Assembly: GCA_951406725.2 (NCBI GenBank)
Contig: OX597830.1
Coordinates: forward strand, 17,484,001 to 17,548,000
Length of the DNA: 64,000 nt
Direction: 5' to 3'
Source of the DNA: Octopus vulgaris
Lineage: Eukaryota
Part shown: positions 13,035 to 26,438 of the stretch, piece by piece
Layout: every line of letters begins with the position of its first letter
Numbering within the stretch: position 1 is the first letter of the stretch
Position numbers and translations under genes: made by a program
The notes under the pieces: model-generated
Seen by the model: only the letters and a program-made list of their open reading frames with translations
The model's database searches: none
Told to the model about the DNA's origin: nothing

Positions 13035-14201
13035 CGCCACCCTCTCTGAGAATTCTTGCCACCACCGAGGAAAACATTGATCGTGTTCACCACATGCTGA
13101 CGGATGACAGGCGATTGACTATGAATAACGCAGCTAAATATACTGTACGATAAACTTGGCATGACGAAAGTTTCTGTTTGGTAGGTGTCACGTCTTCTGA
13201 CTCTTGTTGAAAACTTACCAGGTTGATCACATCATAGGAAATCCTGACATTGTTTGAGGCAGATCTAGCTGTTTTTCTTGAATATTTCCTAATCCAGGAT
13301 GAGCGTTGGGTTGATCACTTTGAGTTAGAGGCAAAGAAATAATCCATGCAGTGGAAATATCCCTCCTTACCTGCTTCAAAGAAGGCCATGGTCATGTCAT
13401 CTGCATGGAAAATGATGGACTCAGTTTTGAGATATTGTATCTATTGACTTTCTTGAAAAAGGCCACATCATCAATGGAGAATATTATGTCAACTTACTAA
13501 GACGGTTACAGAAGGCTATCAGCTACGAAACGGCCAGGAAAACTGAGGAAAGGCGTCTTCTTTCATCAAGACAATGCTGCAACCAACAAGTCCTTGGTTT
13601 CAATGGCTGCTGTGCGTGACTGTGACTTTGAATTGGTTGATCACCGTTCCTGTCTCCTGATTTGGTCCCAGCTATCATCTGTTCCCCAACATGAAAATCT
13701 AAAAATAAACACTGGGTTGGGATCCAGCATCACAATGATGATGGAATCATAAGGCGGCGAGCTGGCAGAAACGTTAGCAGACCGGACGAAATGCCTAGCA
13801 GTATTTCGTCTGCCGTTATGTTCTGAGTTCAAATTCCGTTGAGGTCGACTTTGCCTTTCATCCTTTCGGGGTCGATTAAATAAGAACCAGTCAATCACTG
13901 GGGTCGATATAATCGACTTATTCCCCTTGTCTGTCTTTGTTTGTCCCCTCTATGTTTAGCCCCCCACCTTGAGGGCAATAAAGAAATAAAAAAATTATGA
14001 TGGAATCATATCCACCGTTGATGACGTTTCTTTTTACCAAACAGGATGAAAGTTACTTCACCAATGGGATCCAAGCACTGCAACACCGACGGAAGAAGTG
14101 TGTGGATCGCAAGGGCGACTATGTTTAGAAATAAACCTCATTTGGTCACACTCCATGAGAATATTTTGCTCAGCCTATGAACTTTATCAGCCAACCCTCG
14201 T
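13035..14201 (+). mobile_element. Mariner transposon fragment 2 with right terminus (decayed transposase)
   Basis: Degenerate MTKVS.W.V.RLLT, DE.WV.HFE, INGEYY, FHQDNA, SPDL.P.YHLFPNMK, KCVDRKGDYV motifs; ends aactttatcagccaaccctcgt. Confidence 0.88.
13752..13996 (+). mobile_element. SINE family B, full length, inserted in mariner, 14-bp TSD
   Basis: TSD atgatggaatcata at 13738-13751 and 13997-14010; head ggcggcgagctggcagaaacgttagc, B box gagttcaaattcc. Confidence 0.93.
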
Positions 14202-14329
14202 TTATGATTGTAGTGATACCGAAAATCAACGACACTAAACTTAAAATTAGCATTCAATACAGCTTTGGCAGAGAAGTTTTCAACCTATGCCTACTTACAA
14301 AAAAGAAAAACAAACACACTTACAAATTG

Positions 14330-14960
14330 CAATAAGCTGGCCACAATTTTGTTTCATCTTCAACTGAATTCGGTCTACAAAATTACATTTGTTTACGCTT
14401 ATGAGATGCTTGACCGTATTGTCAGCATACAAAAGACTAAGGCTCTTTCTCAATATGCATTCAGTGTAGAAGACCTCATTAAATTACTATTCGTAGTGAG
14501 CTAATTGAATCCATTTAATTTTTCATCTGCTTCAGCTGTGTCTTGTTTAATTCTTGTCTCCTTAAAAATGACACAATCAACCGAATCCTTTGGGAACCTC
14601 TTAAACTGTGTCTTTCACAATTGTAATCTGAGACCGAAAACAAAAGCGTTGGTGTTTCAGGCTGTTGTTATACGAACGATGCTGAACGTCAAATGGAATA
14701 ACTGTCTCATATACAACGATGCAATTGAAAGAAAAAAAAAACAATAAAAAACAAAAAAAACAAAAACCTAAGAATTCTAACCATTATTGCAAAACATTTA
14801 TTCTGCTGATTAGGATATGTAAAATGGATGTCACACTCAAGAGTTCTCAAGAAATTTTACAGTTCAAGAATTTCATCTGAGCAATGATTTCGTGACGCTG
14901 TTAAGAAGATTGCGCCGTTGTTCAGTCAGCATGCTATATGGACCAGCAGAAGCAACAGAA
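14330..14960 (+). pseudogene. Highly decayed RTE-type LINE reverse transcriptase fragment
   Basis: AFSVEDL and SFGNLLNCVFHNCNLRPKTKALVFQAVVIRTML resemble the RTE post-RT region. Confidence 0.6.
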
Positions 14961-15149
14961 ATCTTGCGGTAAAGGAAAGAGCTCGGCAATTACTTCTGGG
15001 GCAAGGACTGTCTCCACTGTCTGAGTAGCAATTTGGTGACCGACAATTAATGTCAAATATTGGAAGTCACAATTATGGAAAATAGAAGCATCAACAGAAT
15101 CAATGAAGAAACCATGAAAACATTCGTAGCAAGTGAATACCGATATATG

Positions 15150-15702
15150 TTTGTATATACATATATACATACATACGTACATATAGACATACATATAGAC
15201 ATACATATAGACATACATACATACATACATACATAAATATATACATACATACATACATCCATCCATACATACATACTATTGACATACATACATACACACA
15301 TGCTAGCATGCATACATACATACATACATACATACATACATACATACATGCATGCATACATACATACATACATACATACATACATACATACATACTTACA
15401 TACATACATACATACATGCATGCATACATACATACATACATGCATACATACATACATACATACATACATACATACATACATACATACATACATACATACA
15501 TACATACATGCATGCATACATACATACATACATACATACATACATACATACATGCATACATACATACATATATACATACATACATATATATAGATACATA
15601 CATACATACTTACATACATATATACATACATACATATATACATACATACATATATAAATACATACATACATACACACATACATGCATGCATGCATACATA
15701 CA

Positions 15703-15750
<48 letters not shown>

Positions 15751-15897
15751 CATACATACATACATACAAACGTATATACATACATATATACATACATGCA
15801 TACATACATACGTACATGCATGCAAGCATACATACATACATATACGCATCTATATAAAATAATATATTCACACATATGTATGTATATATATTTATGG

Positions 15898-15959
<62 letters not shown>

Positions 15960-15968
15960 GTCTATCTG
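15150..15968. repeat. Long (TACA)n/(TA)n/(TATC)n microsatellite block
   Basis: Direct inspection. Confidence 0.97.
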
Positions 15969-15970
15969 CC

Positions 15971-16070
15971 NNNNNNNNNNNNNNNNNNNNNNNNNNNNNN
16001 NNNNNNNNNNNNNNNNNNNNNNNNNNNNNNNNNNNNNNNNNNNNNNNNNNNNNNNNNNNNNNNNNNNNNN
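15971..16070. other. Assembly gap (100 N)
   Basis: Run of n; the round length suggests a gap of unknown size. Confidence 0.99.
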
Positions 16071-16167
16071 TATATATTGTTGTGTCTGGGGAGAGTTATT
16101 CTCTTTTAGTGCCTTATAATTTAACACATCTACCAGTAAAATATCCACTTACTTCCTTCGAAAAAGA

Positions 16168-16927
16168 AGAAATAAGCCATATCCAATCTCTGAGCGTGAT
16201 GTTGCAACACGGAATCGTAACATAATTGGCAACCAACTGTGGTACGGGACAGTTCTTCTGGCGTTTATAGCCCAGGAAGCCATCTCCCCCAGCTGGCTAA
16301 CGACACGTTCTGTGTCCGATTAGTATTAGTAACATAATTGTCAACCAAGCTTATTTCTCCTTTTTCCAGATCAGATGTCTTCCCGGGGCTATAAGCACCA
16401 GTAGCACTGTCCCGTATGGAGCGCCATACTTGGTTGGCATTTATATGTTGCTATTCCGTGTTGCTACTGTTTACATTTTGCTCAGAGATTTGATATAGCT
16501 TATTTCTTCTTCTTCTTCTTCTTCTTCTTCTTCTTCTTCTTCTTCTTCTTCTTCTTCTTCTTCTTCTTCTTCTTCTTCTTCTTCGAGATCAGCGACGGTT
16601 CGTCGCTGGAAAAAGCATATAGTATTTTGCGGGAGGTGTGAGTTTTCATCACTAGCTGGCGATTAACACACGCTGAGGATGGGTAACAATCCAGAAACTC
16701 GAGTCCGTATGTATCCCGTAAGGCTAGGGATGGGAGCGATGATCTCCCCTCGCTAATACTAATCGGACACAGATTGTGTGTCATTAGCCAGCTGGAGGAG
16801 ATGTCTTCCTGGGGCTATAAACGCCGGTAGCACTGTCTCGTATGGGACGCCGTACTTGGTTGGCAATTATATATTACGATTTCGTATTGCTACTGTTTAT
16901 ATCACGCTCAGAGATTTAATATAGCTA

Positions 16928-16928
<1 letters not shown>
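16168..16928 (+). mobile_element. Retrozyme-like locus: inverted fragment (16168-16329), partial direct repeat (16374-16504), (TTC)n, ~345-nt monomer (16585-16928)
   Basis: Three homologous segments alignable by eye; monomer contains a canonical HHR and several hairpins; no ORF. Confidence 0.75.
16666..16712 (+). ncRNA. Type I hammerhead ribozyme, intact core, GUC site (cleavage after 16705)
   Basis: acacacg-CTGAGGA-tggg taacaa tcca-GAAA-ctcgag-TC-cgtatgt. Confidence 0.88.
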
Positions 16929-16987
<59 letters not shown>

Positions 16988-17040
16988 CATACATACATAC
17001 ATACATATATATATATATATATGTAAATACATACATATAT

Positions 17041-17072
<32 letters not shown>

Positions 17073-17163
17073 GTAAATACATACATATATATATATATAT
17101 AAATACATACATACATACATATATATATATATAAATGTAAATACATATATATATATATGTAAA

Positions 17164-17241
<78 letters not shown>

Positions 17242-17554
17242 TTACGCACATCCACATACACACACACACACACATCTGATATACAGGTTTACAAACATTC
17301 AGAGCCATACGGTTGAAGTGATCGTTAAAGATGTTTGTTATGAAATACGTTCTGACATTTGATTCTTGTATTCATCGAAACATTTCATAAATATCGATTT
17401 ATGATTCTTTTATTGATTTTTCAATCTTTCTTTCTCTTGCTGTTTGTCTCTCTCTTTTTCTCCCCCTTCTCTCTCTATTTCCTCTTTTGCTTCTCTCTTT
17501 ATTTATTTGCTCCTCTCTCTCCACCTTTGCGTAATTTGTTGCTCTTGTTATTCT

Positions 17555-17569
17555 TGTTGTTATTGTTGA

Positions 17570-17600
<31 letters not shown>

Positions 17601-17782
17601 CTTCTTCTTCTTCTTCTTCTTCTTCTTCTTCATAATAATAATAATAATAATAGTAGTAGTAGTAGTAGTGGTAGTAGTAATAATAATTAATTCGTTTATT
17701 GGCCACAAGGGCTAAAATAATAATAAACATAATAATAATAATAATAATAACAATAATAATAATAATAATTATAATAATAATA

Positions 17783-17856
<74 letters not shown>

Positions 17857-18050
17857 TAATAATAATCCTTTCTGCTAAAGGTATAAAGCCTGAACTTTTG
17901 AGGGAGGGGACCAGTCGAGTATATCAACCCCAGTGTTTCTCTTGTACTTAATTTATCGACCCCGAAAGGAGGAAAAGCAATGTCCACCTCAGTGGAATAA
18001 TAATAATAATGATAATAATAATAATAATGATAACAATAATAATAATAATG

Positions 18051-18081
<31 letters not shown>

Positions 18082-18332
18082 TAATAATGATAATAATGAT
18101 AATAATGATAACAATAATAATAATAATAATAATGATAATAATAATAATGATAATAATGATAATAATGATAACAATAATAATAATAATAATAATGATAATA
18201 ATAATAATGATAATAATGATAATAATGATAACAATAATAATAATAATAATAATGATAATAATAATAATGATAATAATGATAATAATGATAACAATAATAA
18301 TAATAATAATAATAATGATAATATTAATAATG

Positions 18333-18404
<72 letters not shown>

Positions 18405-18405
18405 T
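17555..18405. repeat. Trinucleotide arrays (TTG/TTC/AAT/TAG) with an embedded SINE B fragment (17866-17995, -)
   Basis: Direct inspection; 60-bp higher-order unit at 18121-18300. Confidence 0.95.
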
Positions 18406-19086
18406 GCACATTTTTCAACGTAATTATCATTATCCATCATTTCGAACACCGCCATCACGCTCATCGTCGTCATCGACTTCATCATCATCATCATCATCAT
18501 TAAAGTATGTCTCTTTTTATCTTTACCTCCTACGCTCAACTTCTTTAATGCGCGTTCCTCATGTCTCCTTCTTCGTCTTATCATCATTATCAGCATCATT
18601 ATCACCATCATCATCATCAGCAGCAGCTGCATCGCAACGATCTCCTATATTTCCCTCAGTCCTCTCCCCCCTCTCTCTTCCTTCCACGACATTTTAGTGT
18701 CATTCTCTATGACACTGTACCTCAGGCCTTCCACTAATACATACACAAACACACACATACACACACACATACGCACTTTCTTTCATTTCCTTAAGTCACC
18801 TCCCACTCTATCCCCACTCACATAACCTCCTACTTCACTTTACAGTCTGCTCTCTCTCTCTCTTTCTCTCTATCTTTCTTTCCACCTCCACATTCTTCTC
18901 TTCTGGTCTACCTCTATCGTCCTCTTTCTGTCTGACTATCTATCTATCATTTATATAGATAGGAACTGTCTTTTTAATTAATTACCGGAATCGACACTAT
19001 CTCTGTGTATTAGATTGAATGTTCGTTTGCCTAAATGAAAGTATATACGCGGATACGTGTCGTGAGTGTGTATAATATACATATAC

Positions 19087-19146
<60 letters not shown>

Positions 19147-19193
19147 GTGTATATATATGTATATATATATATGCACATTTGCACATGCATCGA

Positions 19194-19231
<38 letters not shown>

Positions 19232-19239
<8 letters not shown>

Positions 19240-19555
19240 ATAAAAGATCGTGGGTAAGGTCAAAACAATGCGAAGTGTAAATGCAAGGTAAATCACAAGA
19301 AAACAAATATGTGAATTAATGTAGACTTACCTTGTATTCAATATTTCGGGGTTATGACCCCATTTTCAAGAAATTGACGAATGTCACCAATGTACACTCA
19401 TATCAGAAACATTCGCTAATTTCTTGAAAATGGGGTCATAACCCCGAAATATACAAGGTAAGTCTACATTAATTCACATATTTGTTTTCTTGTGATTTAC
19501 CTTGCATTTACTTCTCATTGCGTTGGCCTTACCCACGATCTTTTACACAATATAT
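19232..19555. mobile_element. Inverted-repeat PLE-type element (arms 19232-19383 and 19410-19555), each arm with a UUGAAAA-core HHR motif
   Basis: Minus strand 19337-19372: ttc-TTGAAAA-T-GGGGT cata ACCCC-GAAA-TA-TT-gaa; the plus arm has a small deletion at the cleavage site. Confidence 0.7.
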
Positions 19556-20413
19556 TCTACACAATTCTTCATAGTAATTAGGGTGGAAGGATACGCGTAT
19601 ATAAATAAATATATATATATATATATATACGCATATCCTTCCCCCCTTGTGCCATCAGGTCGACGAACGATTTATGGTAACAAGACGAATGACCCATGTC
19701 CTTGTCATATACGTTTTACAGGGTGATATTTGTTATGATATATATTTGGCGAATCAGTTATACTAAAGTACTAGTTTTATTTTCTTATCTATACACCCTC
19801 GTACCCCTAAAGAAAGATTAACCCACCAATTATTTTTGTAGATTATTCATTTGCTCATCGATTTCAAGTTTTACACTGCCAAATGGTATGATTCTAATTT
19901 ATTAAGCCGTCTTTCTCATCTCAAGGCTCTGTTCTTTCCTTTTTCCTCTTCTCTTCTTTTATTTTATGTATTTGCCTTCACTCTTATGAAGCTCCAGGTA
20001 CCAGATCGGATGTGCTATAAAATATGACTAATATTATTCTTATAATTTTCCTTGGCAGCGCCGACTGACAAAGGTAGTAGAAACAGCTGTTAGCCATGTT
20101 AAAGTTTTGTAATAAAAAAAATAATGACCGATGGTACTCAATTTGTTTGTTGATCAAAACTTTACTCCCTTTTCTGCTTAATTTATATATATATATATAA
20201 AATTGGAAAAAAACCACGTTTTATCAATTCAAAATGAACAATTAAATTACACCAGGTGGTTTTTTTTCTAATTTTTTATACATATATTATATTGTGTGAA
20301 ATTTGATTTAGTATTTCTAAATTGAATCTTTTTCCCTGTAAGTTTGGATTTATATTCCCTCAAATAATAATAATCATATTTATATATTATTTATTATATC
20401 TATCTATCTATCT

Positions 20414-20462
<49 letters not shown>

Positions 20463-20612
20463 TATATGTATATATATGTGTGTGTGTGTGTGTGTGTATG
20501 TGTGTGTTTGCATGTATATGCGTGTGTCTGTGTGTATATGCGTGTTTGCATATATGTATATATATATATCTATATATATATATCTATATATGTAAGCATG
20601 TACATGTATGTT

Positions 20613-20647
<35 letters not shown>

Positions 20648-20651
<4 letters not shown>

Positions 20652-20870
20652 AAATAAAAATGCTAAAATAATTTTATAAAGAACATTTCAGTACCAGTGT
20701 CAGTCATTTTGAGACTTTTTTAACTGTAACGATTAAATAATTCAATTTAGAAAAATTAAAAGAAATGTTTTTTTAAAGGAATATTTGTATAGTGTTCAAA
20801 TATAAGTGGCATTTTCCTTGTTTCTGCCTTGCTCTGTCTCTCTTGTTCACACTTGTGGGTTCGAGGTTAC
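20648..20870 (-). mobile_element. PLE-type mini-element with degenerate U3-A8 HHR-like motif (20689-20726)
   Basis: cag-TTAAAAA-AGTC tcaaaat GACT-GACA-ctgg-TA-ctg (two core substitutions). Confidence 0.5.
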
Positions 20871-20934
20871 ACAATACATATATATATATACATATATATG
20901 CATACATACATATAAAGACACTCACGCATATATC

Positions 20935-21248
20935 AGTGACTGTGATAAACGAAAAGAAATGCACATAAAATATTAGAGCAAAATTATTTAACACTTGTAA
21001 CTCCTAATAGGTTTTCTTTTAATGGATGGAGATATTTATATGTTACGGAGATGTACTTGCATAGCAAGTGACCTAATCTGAGATCGTGTGTGGAACGAAA
21101 ACAATTGCAGCGTGGAATGTTTTTATAAGCCATGTAAGAAACACAAGAAAACCGTTAGATTCACTTCAACATTTAAATTTAATTTGTCAAAATATGTTCG
21201 TCGCTTTGAGACCTCGACCTGTTCACTGACAAAATTCCGTGCTATTGA
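20935..21248 (-). mobile_element. PLE-type mini-element with G3-C8 HHR-like motif (21183-21233)
   Basis: tttgtca-GTGAACA-G-GTCG aggtctcaaag CGAC-GAAC-atat-TT-tgacaaa; 7-bp stem I. Confidence 0.6.
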
Positions 21249-21333
21249 TATATATATGATATGATGGAATAAACATTATGTCTGTGTGTGAATATATATA
21301 TATATATATATAATATATATATAATATAAATAC

Positions 21334-21383
<50 letters not shown>

Positions 21384-21444
21384 TACATACGTATATATAC
21401 ATACATACATCTATACGTGTATATATATATATATATGCACATGT

Positions 21445-21745
21445 GGGCACAGGACGTCACAAAACGTGTACAACAAAAGATACGAAGTAAGAGTCCATGG
21501 AATATGTACTATTTTTCGATCAACGGAAGACACAAATGGAAAACAAGACAAACATCACAAAGAATGACCCTTCCTCAGTTGTTGGCTGTTTTTCTACTCT
21601 CGTATTTCGAGCATTTAACAACAATATACGCTTTCGATAAAATAGTTGCTCCTGCAAAGCAAGTTAAATAAAATTTGGGATTCTTGCGGAGGGTCAAAAT
21701 TGGGAACACAAACAGGACAGTGAAAACAAACAGGAAGGGCTGCTA
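21445..21745 (-). mobile_element. Dispersed element with GAAA...CUGANGA motif; homologues at 39955-40260 and 53595-53855
   Basis: Shared caggac(g/a)(t/c)cac start on + strand and cttc.tcag(t/c)tg motif in all three copies. Confidence 0.65.
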
Positions 21746-21904
21746 GGCCTAAACGTTGCTCCAGTATGGACGCAACCTTTGGCCTGAAGCGTATAGAAGA
21801 ATATATGTCTTGCTTCGAGACTTCAGCTTCTGACAGAATGTCTTGGACATTTTAAAACCTGACGATGCTCATACCTTTCCAATCCTGATCAGTGATAATA
21901 TTAG

Positions 21905-22070
21905 TTTCGAATGTTAGGACAAGACCAACAAGTTCGAGGAAGGGGACAAGTCGACTACATCGACCCCAGTGCTCAACTAACTGATATCTATTTTATCGAC
22001 CCCGAAAAAATGAAAGGCAAAGTCGACGTCTGAGGAATTTGTACTCAGAACGTAAAAGCGGACGAAATGA
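21905..22070 (-). mobile_element. SINE family B fragment
   Basis: tatcgaccccgaaaaaatgaaaggcaaagtcgac block. Confidence 0.8.
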
Positions 22071-22073
22071 TAT

Positions 22074-22126
<53 letters not shown>

Positions 22127-22205
22127 GAGAGAGGAGAGAATGGATAAACGAACCAACCTAAGTACTGGATTTGTATTTTTATTTACCTAACCTGAAATGA
22201 AGTAA

Positions 22206-22610
22206 GCCGCAGGAGTGGCTGTGTGGTAAGACGCTTGCTTATCAACAACATGGTTCCGGGTTCAATCCCACTGCGTGGCACCTTGGGCAAGTGTCTTCTA
22301 CTATAGCCTCGGGCCGACCAAAGCCTTGTGAGTGGATTTGGTAGATGGAAACTGAAAGAAGCTCGTCGTATATAAGTATATGTATATATATATTTGTGTG
22401 TGTATGTGTGTGTGTTTGCCCCCCCCCCCCAACATCGCTTGACAACCGATGCTGGTGTGTTTACGTCCCCGTAACTTAGCGGTTCGGCAAAAGAAACCGA
22501 TAGAATAAGTACTAGCCTTACAAAGAATAACTCCTGGGTTCGATTTGTTTGATTAAAGGCGATGGTCCAGCATGGCTGCAGTAAAATGACTGAAACAAGT
22601 AAGAGAGTAA
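22206..22610 (+). mobile_element. SINE family C, full length
   Basis: High similarity to 12218-12614. Confidence 0.92.
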
Positions 22611-22625
22611 AGGCGAAATTGATAT

Positions 22626-22790
22626 TCTTTTCTACTCTGGGCACAAGGCCCGAAATATTTGGGGAGGTGACCAGTCGATTAGATCGAATCCAGTACAGAA
22701 CTTGTACTTAATTTATCGACCCCGAAAGGATGAAAGGCAAAGTCAACTTCAGCGGAATTTGAACTCAGAATGTAAAAGGACGAAATTGAT
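22626..22790 (-). mobile_element. SINE family B fragment
   Basis: Central block plus ttttctactctgggcacaaggcccgaaat tail. Confidence 0.85.
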
Positions 22791-23486
22791 ATTGGCTGGA
22801 TTCAGCGCACAGCGATACGGAACGAATATTGCTACGCATTTCATCAGATGCTGTAAAGAATCTTCTAGCTCCACACCTTAAGTCTACACCTCCTCTCTCA
22901 CGACCCACCTCCACATATACTTAAAATTATTCTTAACGATATAGGTGTACCGTTGTGCAAACCTGAACCAAGGAAATGAATATAGAAAAGAGAGTGAGAG
23001 AGAGAGCAATGAAAGCAAGAAAGACTTAATTATTTATCGAAAATGATTATGCGATATTTTTGGTAATAACTCACAGGTTAGGAAATAAGCGTTTCATGGA
23101 CTGAACAATAAACAGAAGGTTATATTATTTATGAGAGAAGTGAGGTCAGTTGCGCCGTTTAATCCGGAAATAACGTTAAGGGATTAAAAATAAAAATTGC
23201 TTAAAAATGGCTGGTAGTTATAAATAAAAGGCGATTAAAATTGGAAGGGATCACTTCGGGGGCTAAATATAAATGATATTTATTGTTAATGGGATGCAAA
23301 ATGTGGAAGTGTGAGAAAAACAAAGATTTAGGAGGAGATGGAAGCTTGTTGGTGCAATTGAAAAGATAAGCGGTTAAGTATGTGAATAAATAAACAGTAC
23401 GGTATATAACTACGAATACCCCTAGACGCGCACACACATTCACACATACACACACACAAATACACATACGATATATATATATATAT

Positions 23487-23592
<106 letters not shown>

Positions 23593-23648
23593 GTATGTAT
23601 ATCTATATACGTATGTATATATATATATACGTATATATATATATATAC

Positions 23649-23686
<38 letters not shown>

Positions 23687-23749
23687 GTATGTATATCTAT
23701 ATACGTATGTATATATATATATACGTATATATATATATATATACATACG

Positions 23750-23787
<38 letters not shown>

Positions 23788-23881
23788 TACATATGTATAT
23801 ATATATATATTTGCATACGTATATATATATACTTACGTATATATATATATATACTTACGTATATATATATATATACTTACG

Positions 23882-23919
<38 letters not shown>

Positions 23920-23998
23920 CATATATTATATGCATATATACCTACGTGCATAAGTACATTATATACACACACACACCCACTCACACACTCACACACAC

Positions 23999-24060
<62 letters not shown>

Positions 24061-24399
24061 ATTCATATATATACATACACACATACATGCATGCATACAT
24101 ACAAGTTTATATAAATGGATATGTGTATTTTCCCCTTGTTTACAATTAACACGGAAGAAATTGAATAAACTGTTACCAAGGCAGCAAAAAAGATCACACC
24201 TGTAATAAGGACGTAATACCATGTTTGTAAAGGTACAAACTCCGGGTTGATGTGAAATATTTAATTTAAAAAAAAAAACCGTTAGTAAATATAACGTCAA
24301 AGGTAACCTATAGAAAGAGAATGGGTAAAATAAAGAAATAAGCGGAAAACTAATAAAGGAGAAATATAGAGCGATGTGTGAATTAAAATAAAAGCTTAA

Positions 24400-25185
24400 A
24401 GGCTTGGAAATAGATATATCTAGTGGAAGTAAAATGTAAGAAGAAAATCAATGTTCAAATTATATAGAATTGTAGAAATCACGTATATTAGCTAAAGGTA
24501 TGTTTCTGCTAATGTTTACATCGATAAGCACGCTCTATAAACGTGTTTACAAGGGGATTCTTAGAAAAAAAATATAAAGGAACTCACTATTACAGTGTTG
24601 GCAGAATTCTTTGCCTTCATCGTATGAGAATGAAGTGGAGAGAATCAACCAATCTAAATTAAATTGTTTATTATGATCTTTTAGATACCAAATTAATTTA
24701 CTAAGCCCTGTACTGTTGCGCTTATTACTATCCCTAAATGTAGAATAATGATTAGAAATTCTTTTAGATAACCGAGAAGAAGAACTACCTATATAAAAGA
24801 AGACATCGGTACCGGAAGTAATTTTACACTGGTATATAGAGTTTTTCATCTAAGAATTACTGCATATAAACTTAATTTTGTTGGAATTGACTTCAGAGAC
24901 AATAACATTGTTGTTAATATTACTACGGGGGTGGTTAGTATTAGCTAAATTAATGTTGGTATTTTCAGTAATTGGATTCTTATTTAACAGATTTAGAGAT
25001 AATTTGTGAAAGATTTTTTTGTGTTAGAAAAACTAATCCTAACCATGTGCGTGTTGATAATCGAGTAATACCTAGAATTCTTCGGAAAGTTCTTAATAAG
25101 AGTTTCACGGAACTGGAAAAGAACATTAGATTTAATTTGCCTTCCATAAGGAATAATCAACCAAAAATTTTTGCTATTAGTTGCC
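24400..25185 (-). pseudogene. Penelope-like element ORF 3' remnant: linker plus GIY-YIG endonuclease
   Basis: ORF 24547-24849 NSIYQC...FYIGSS...KRISNH..TFR...STGLSKLIW.LK...W.IL...Y...FCQHC.SE, followed by CKH; upstream frame KNFPKNSRYYSIINTH.VRISFS. Confidence 0.85.
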
Positions 25186-25286
25186 TTATTATTAGTGTAA
25201 CTACCTTTAAAAAACTTAGATTTACCTTTAGAATGAAAAAAAAGGTCTTAAGTAACGGTTATCTCCCTTACGCTGATTATTCCTTT

Positions 25287-25376
25287 CTTTCTCTGATGAG
25301 AAGATTAGATTGTTTTACACCATTTTATTCCTTTTTGAATAATACCAATGTTGTCTTCGAAACATATGTCGCAAGT
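25287..25376 (+). ncRNA. Type I HHR motif antisense to the adjacent PLE ORF
   Basis: CTGATGA-GAAGA...TCTTC-GAAA-catatg-TC; stem I imperfect. Confidence 0.7.
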
Positions 25377-25438
25377 AAAAGAATTTGAATAAAACCTGGG
25401 TTTCACTACATTTATTTATTTACATAAAGTATATATCA

Positions 25439-25610
25439 TCACACACAACATGGACAAAATTTCTTCTTAAGAAAAAATATATATTCAACTAAGTAAAACA
25501 TAATATCATGAATAACGATAGCGAAACCGGTCGATAAATTAAAAATTATATCAAAACTATGTAAGTGTGCATATTTTCCTTTTTTTAATTTCTTATATAC
25601 ATTACAACTC
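25439..25610 (+). mobile_element. PLE-type mini-element with A3-U8 HHR motif (25504-25536); inverted homologue at 55253-55412
   Basis: tatc-ATGAATA-ACgataGC-GAAA-ccgg-TC-gata. Confidence 0.65.
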
Positions 25611-25679
25611 ACCACGTGGGGATAATCGAAATTCCTCTTTTCTCTTACTACTACTATATATATATATATATATAGACAT

Positions 25680-25724
<45 letters not shown>

Positions 25725-25757
25725 AGCAGTCATACACACTTGTATGTATGTATATAT

Positions 25758-26340
25758 GGTGGGTTGGTATAAATTCCCTTCGTTTGTATTTCTAATAATT
25801 CGATGGGCTGTCAGCTATATGGCTATATATTAAGCGTTTATGCATGAAGAACATGCGACGTATTGCAACTGATACGTTAAGTTATGGAGTTACCATTTCT
25901 GTCTCAGAAGTGATTTACACTTTCAGAAGTGGAAAACTTGCGGGTATATAGCTAAGAGAGTTTGATTTTCGAAATATCTAGGAAGCTATGGTATATAGGG
26001 AAATTTAAGGCAGAGTGAAATGAATTAATGTAAGGGATAAAGCTGTTGGGGTACTGTCTAATAAGTGTCGTAACGACGATGCAGTCTTCAGTAAGCCTGA
26101 CGTACTTCCTTGGAATGCATCCTGTGAAGTGAGTACAAATCAGTACTTCAATATGGCCGACAATGAAGTTTTGGTAACTTAAGCACATTGAGTTGCATTA
26201 AAAACTTACCGAATTAAGAGACGCAATTGGAATTGAAGATGACTTCAGTTTAACAAAAGAGGGTGGTAGTGCCTGATTTGGTAGAGACGGTGTTCTAGGA
26301 AGTGCTGGATGGTTCATAAGCCGTCGATGTGTTAATAAAT
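25758..26340 (+). mobile_element. Possible very old mariner 5' remnant
   Basis: Start gggttggtataaattccc resembles mariner TIRs; only faint protein similarity. Confidence 0.3.
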
Positions 26341-26406
26341 TCAAAGAGTGATGTATATATATATATATATATAATATGCATGTATGTATGTATGTGTGTA
26401 TGCATG

Positions 26407-26437
<31 letters not shown>

Positions 26438-26438
<1 letters not shown>

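Noticed and set aside
23150-23270. Cluster of TAATCC/GGATTA homeodomain-type sites as an enhancer
   Set aside because: Short motifs are expected by chance in AT-rich DNA and there is no conservation data.
24972-25388. 138-aa plus-strand ORF
   Set aside because: It is the antisense of the PLE linker plus the non-coding HHR segment.
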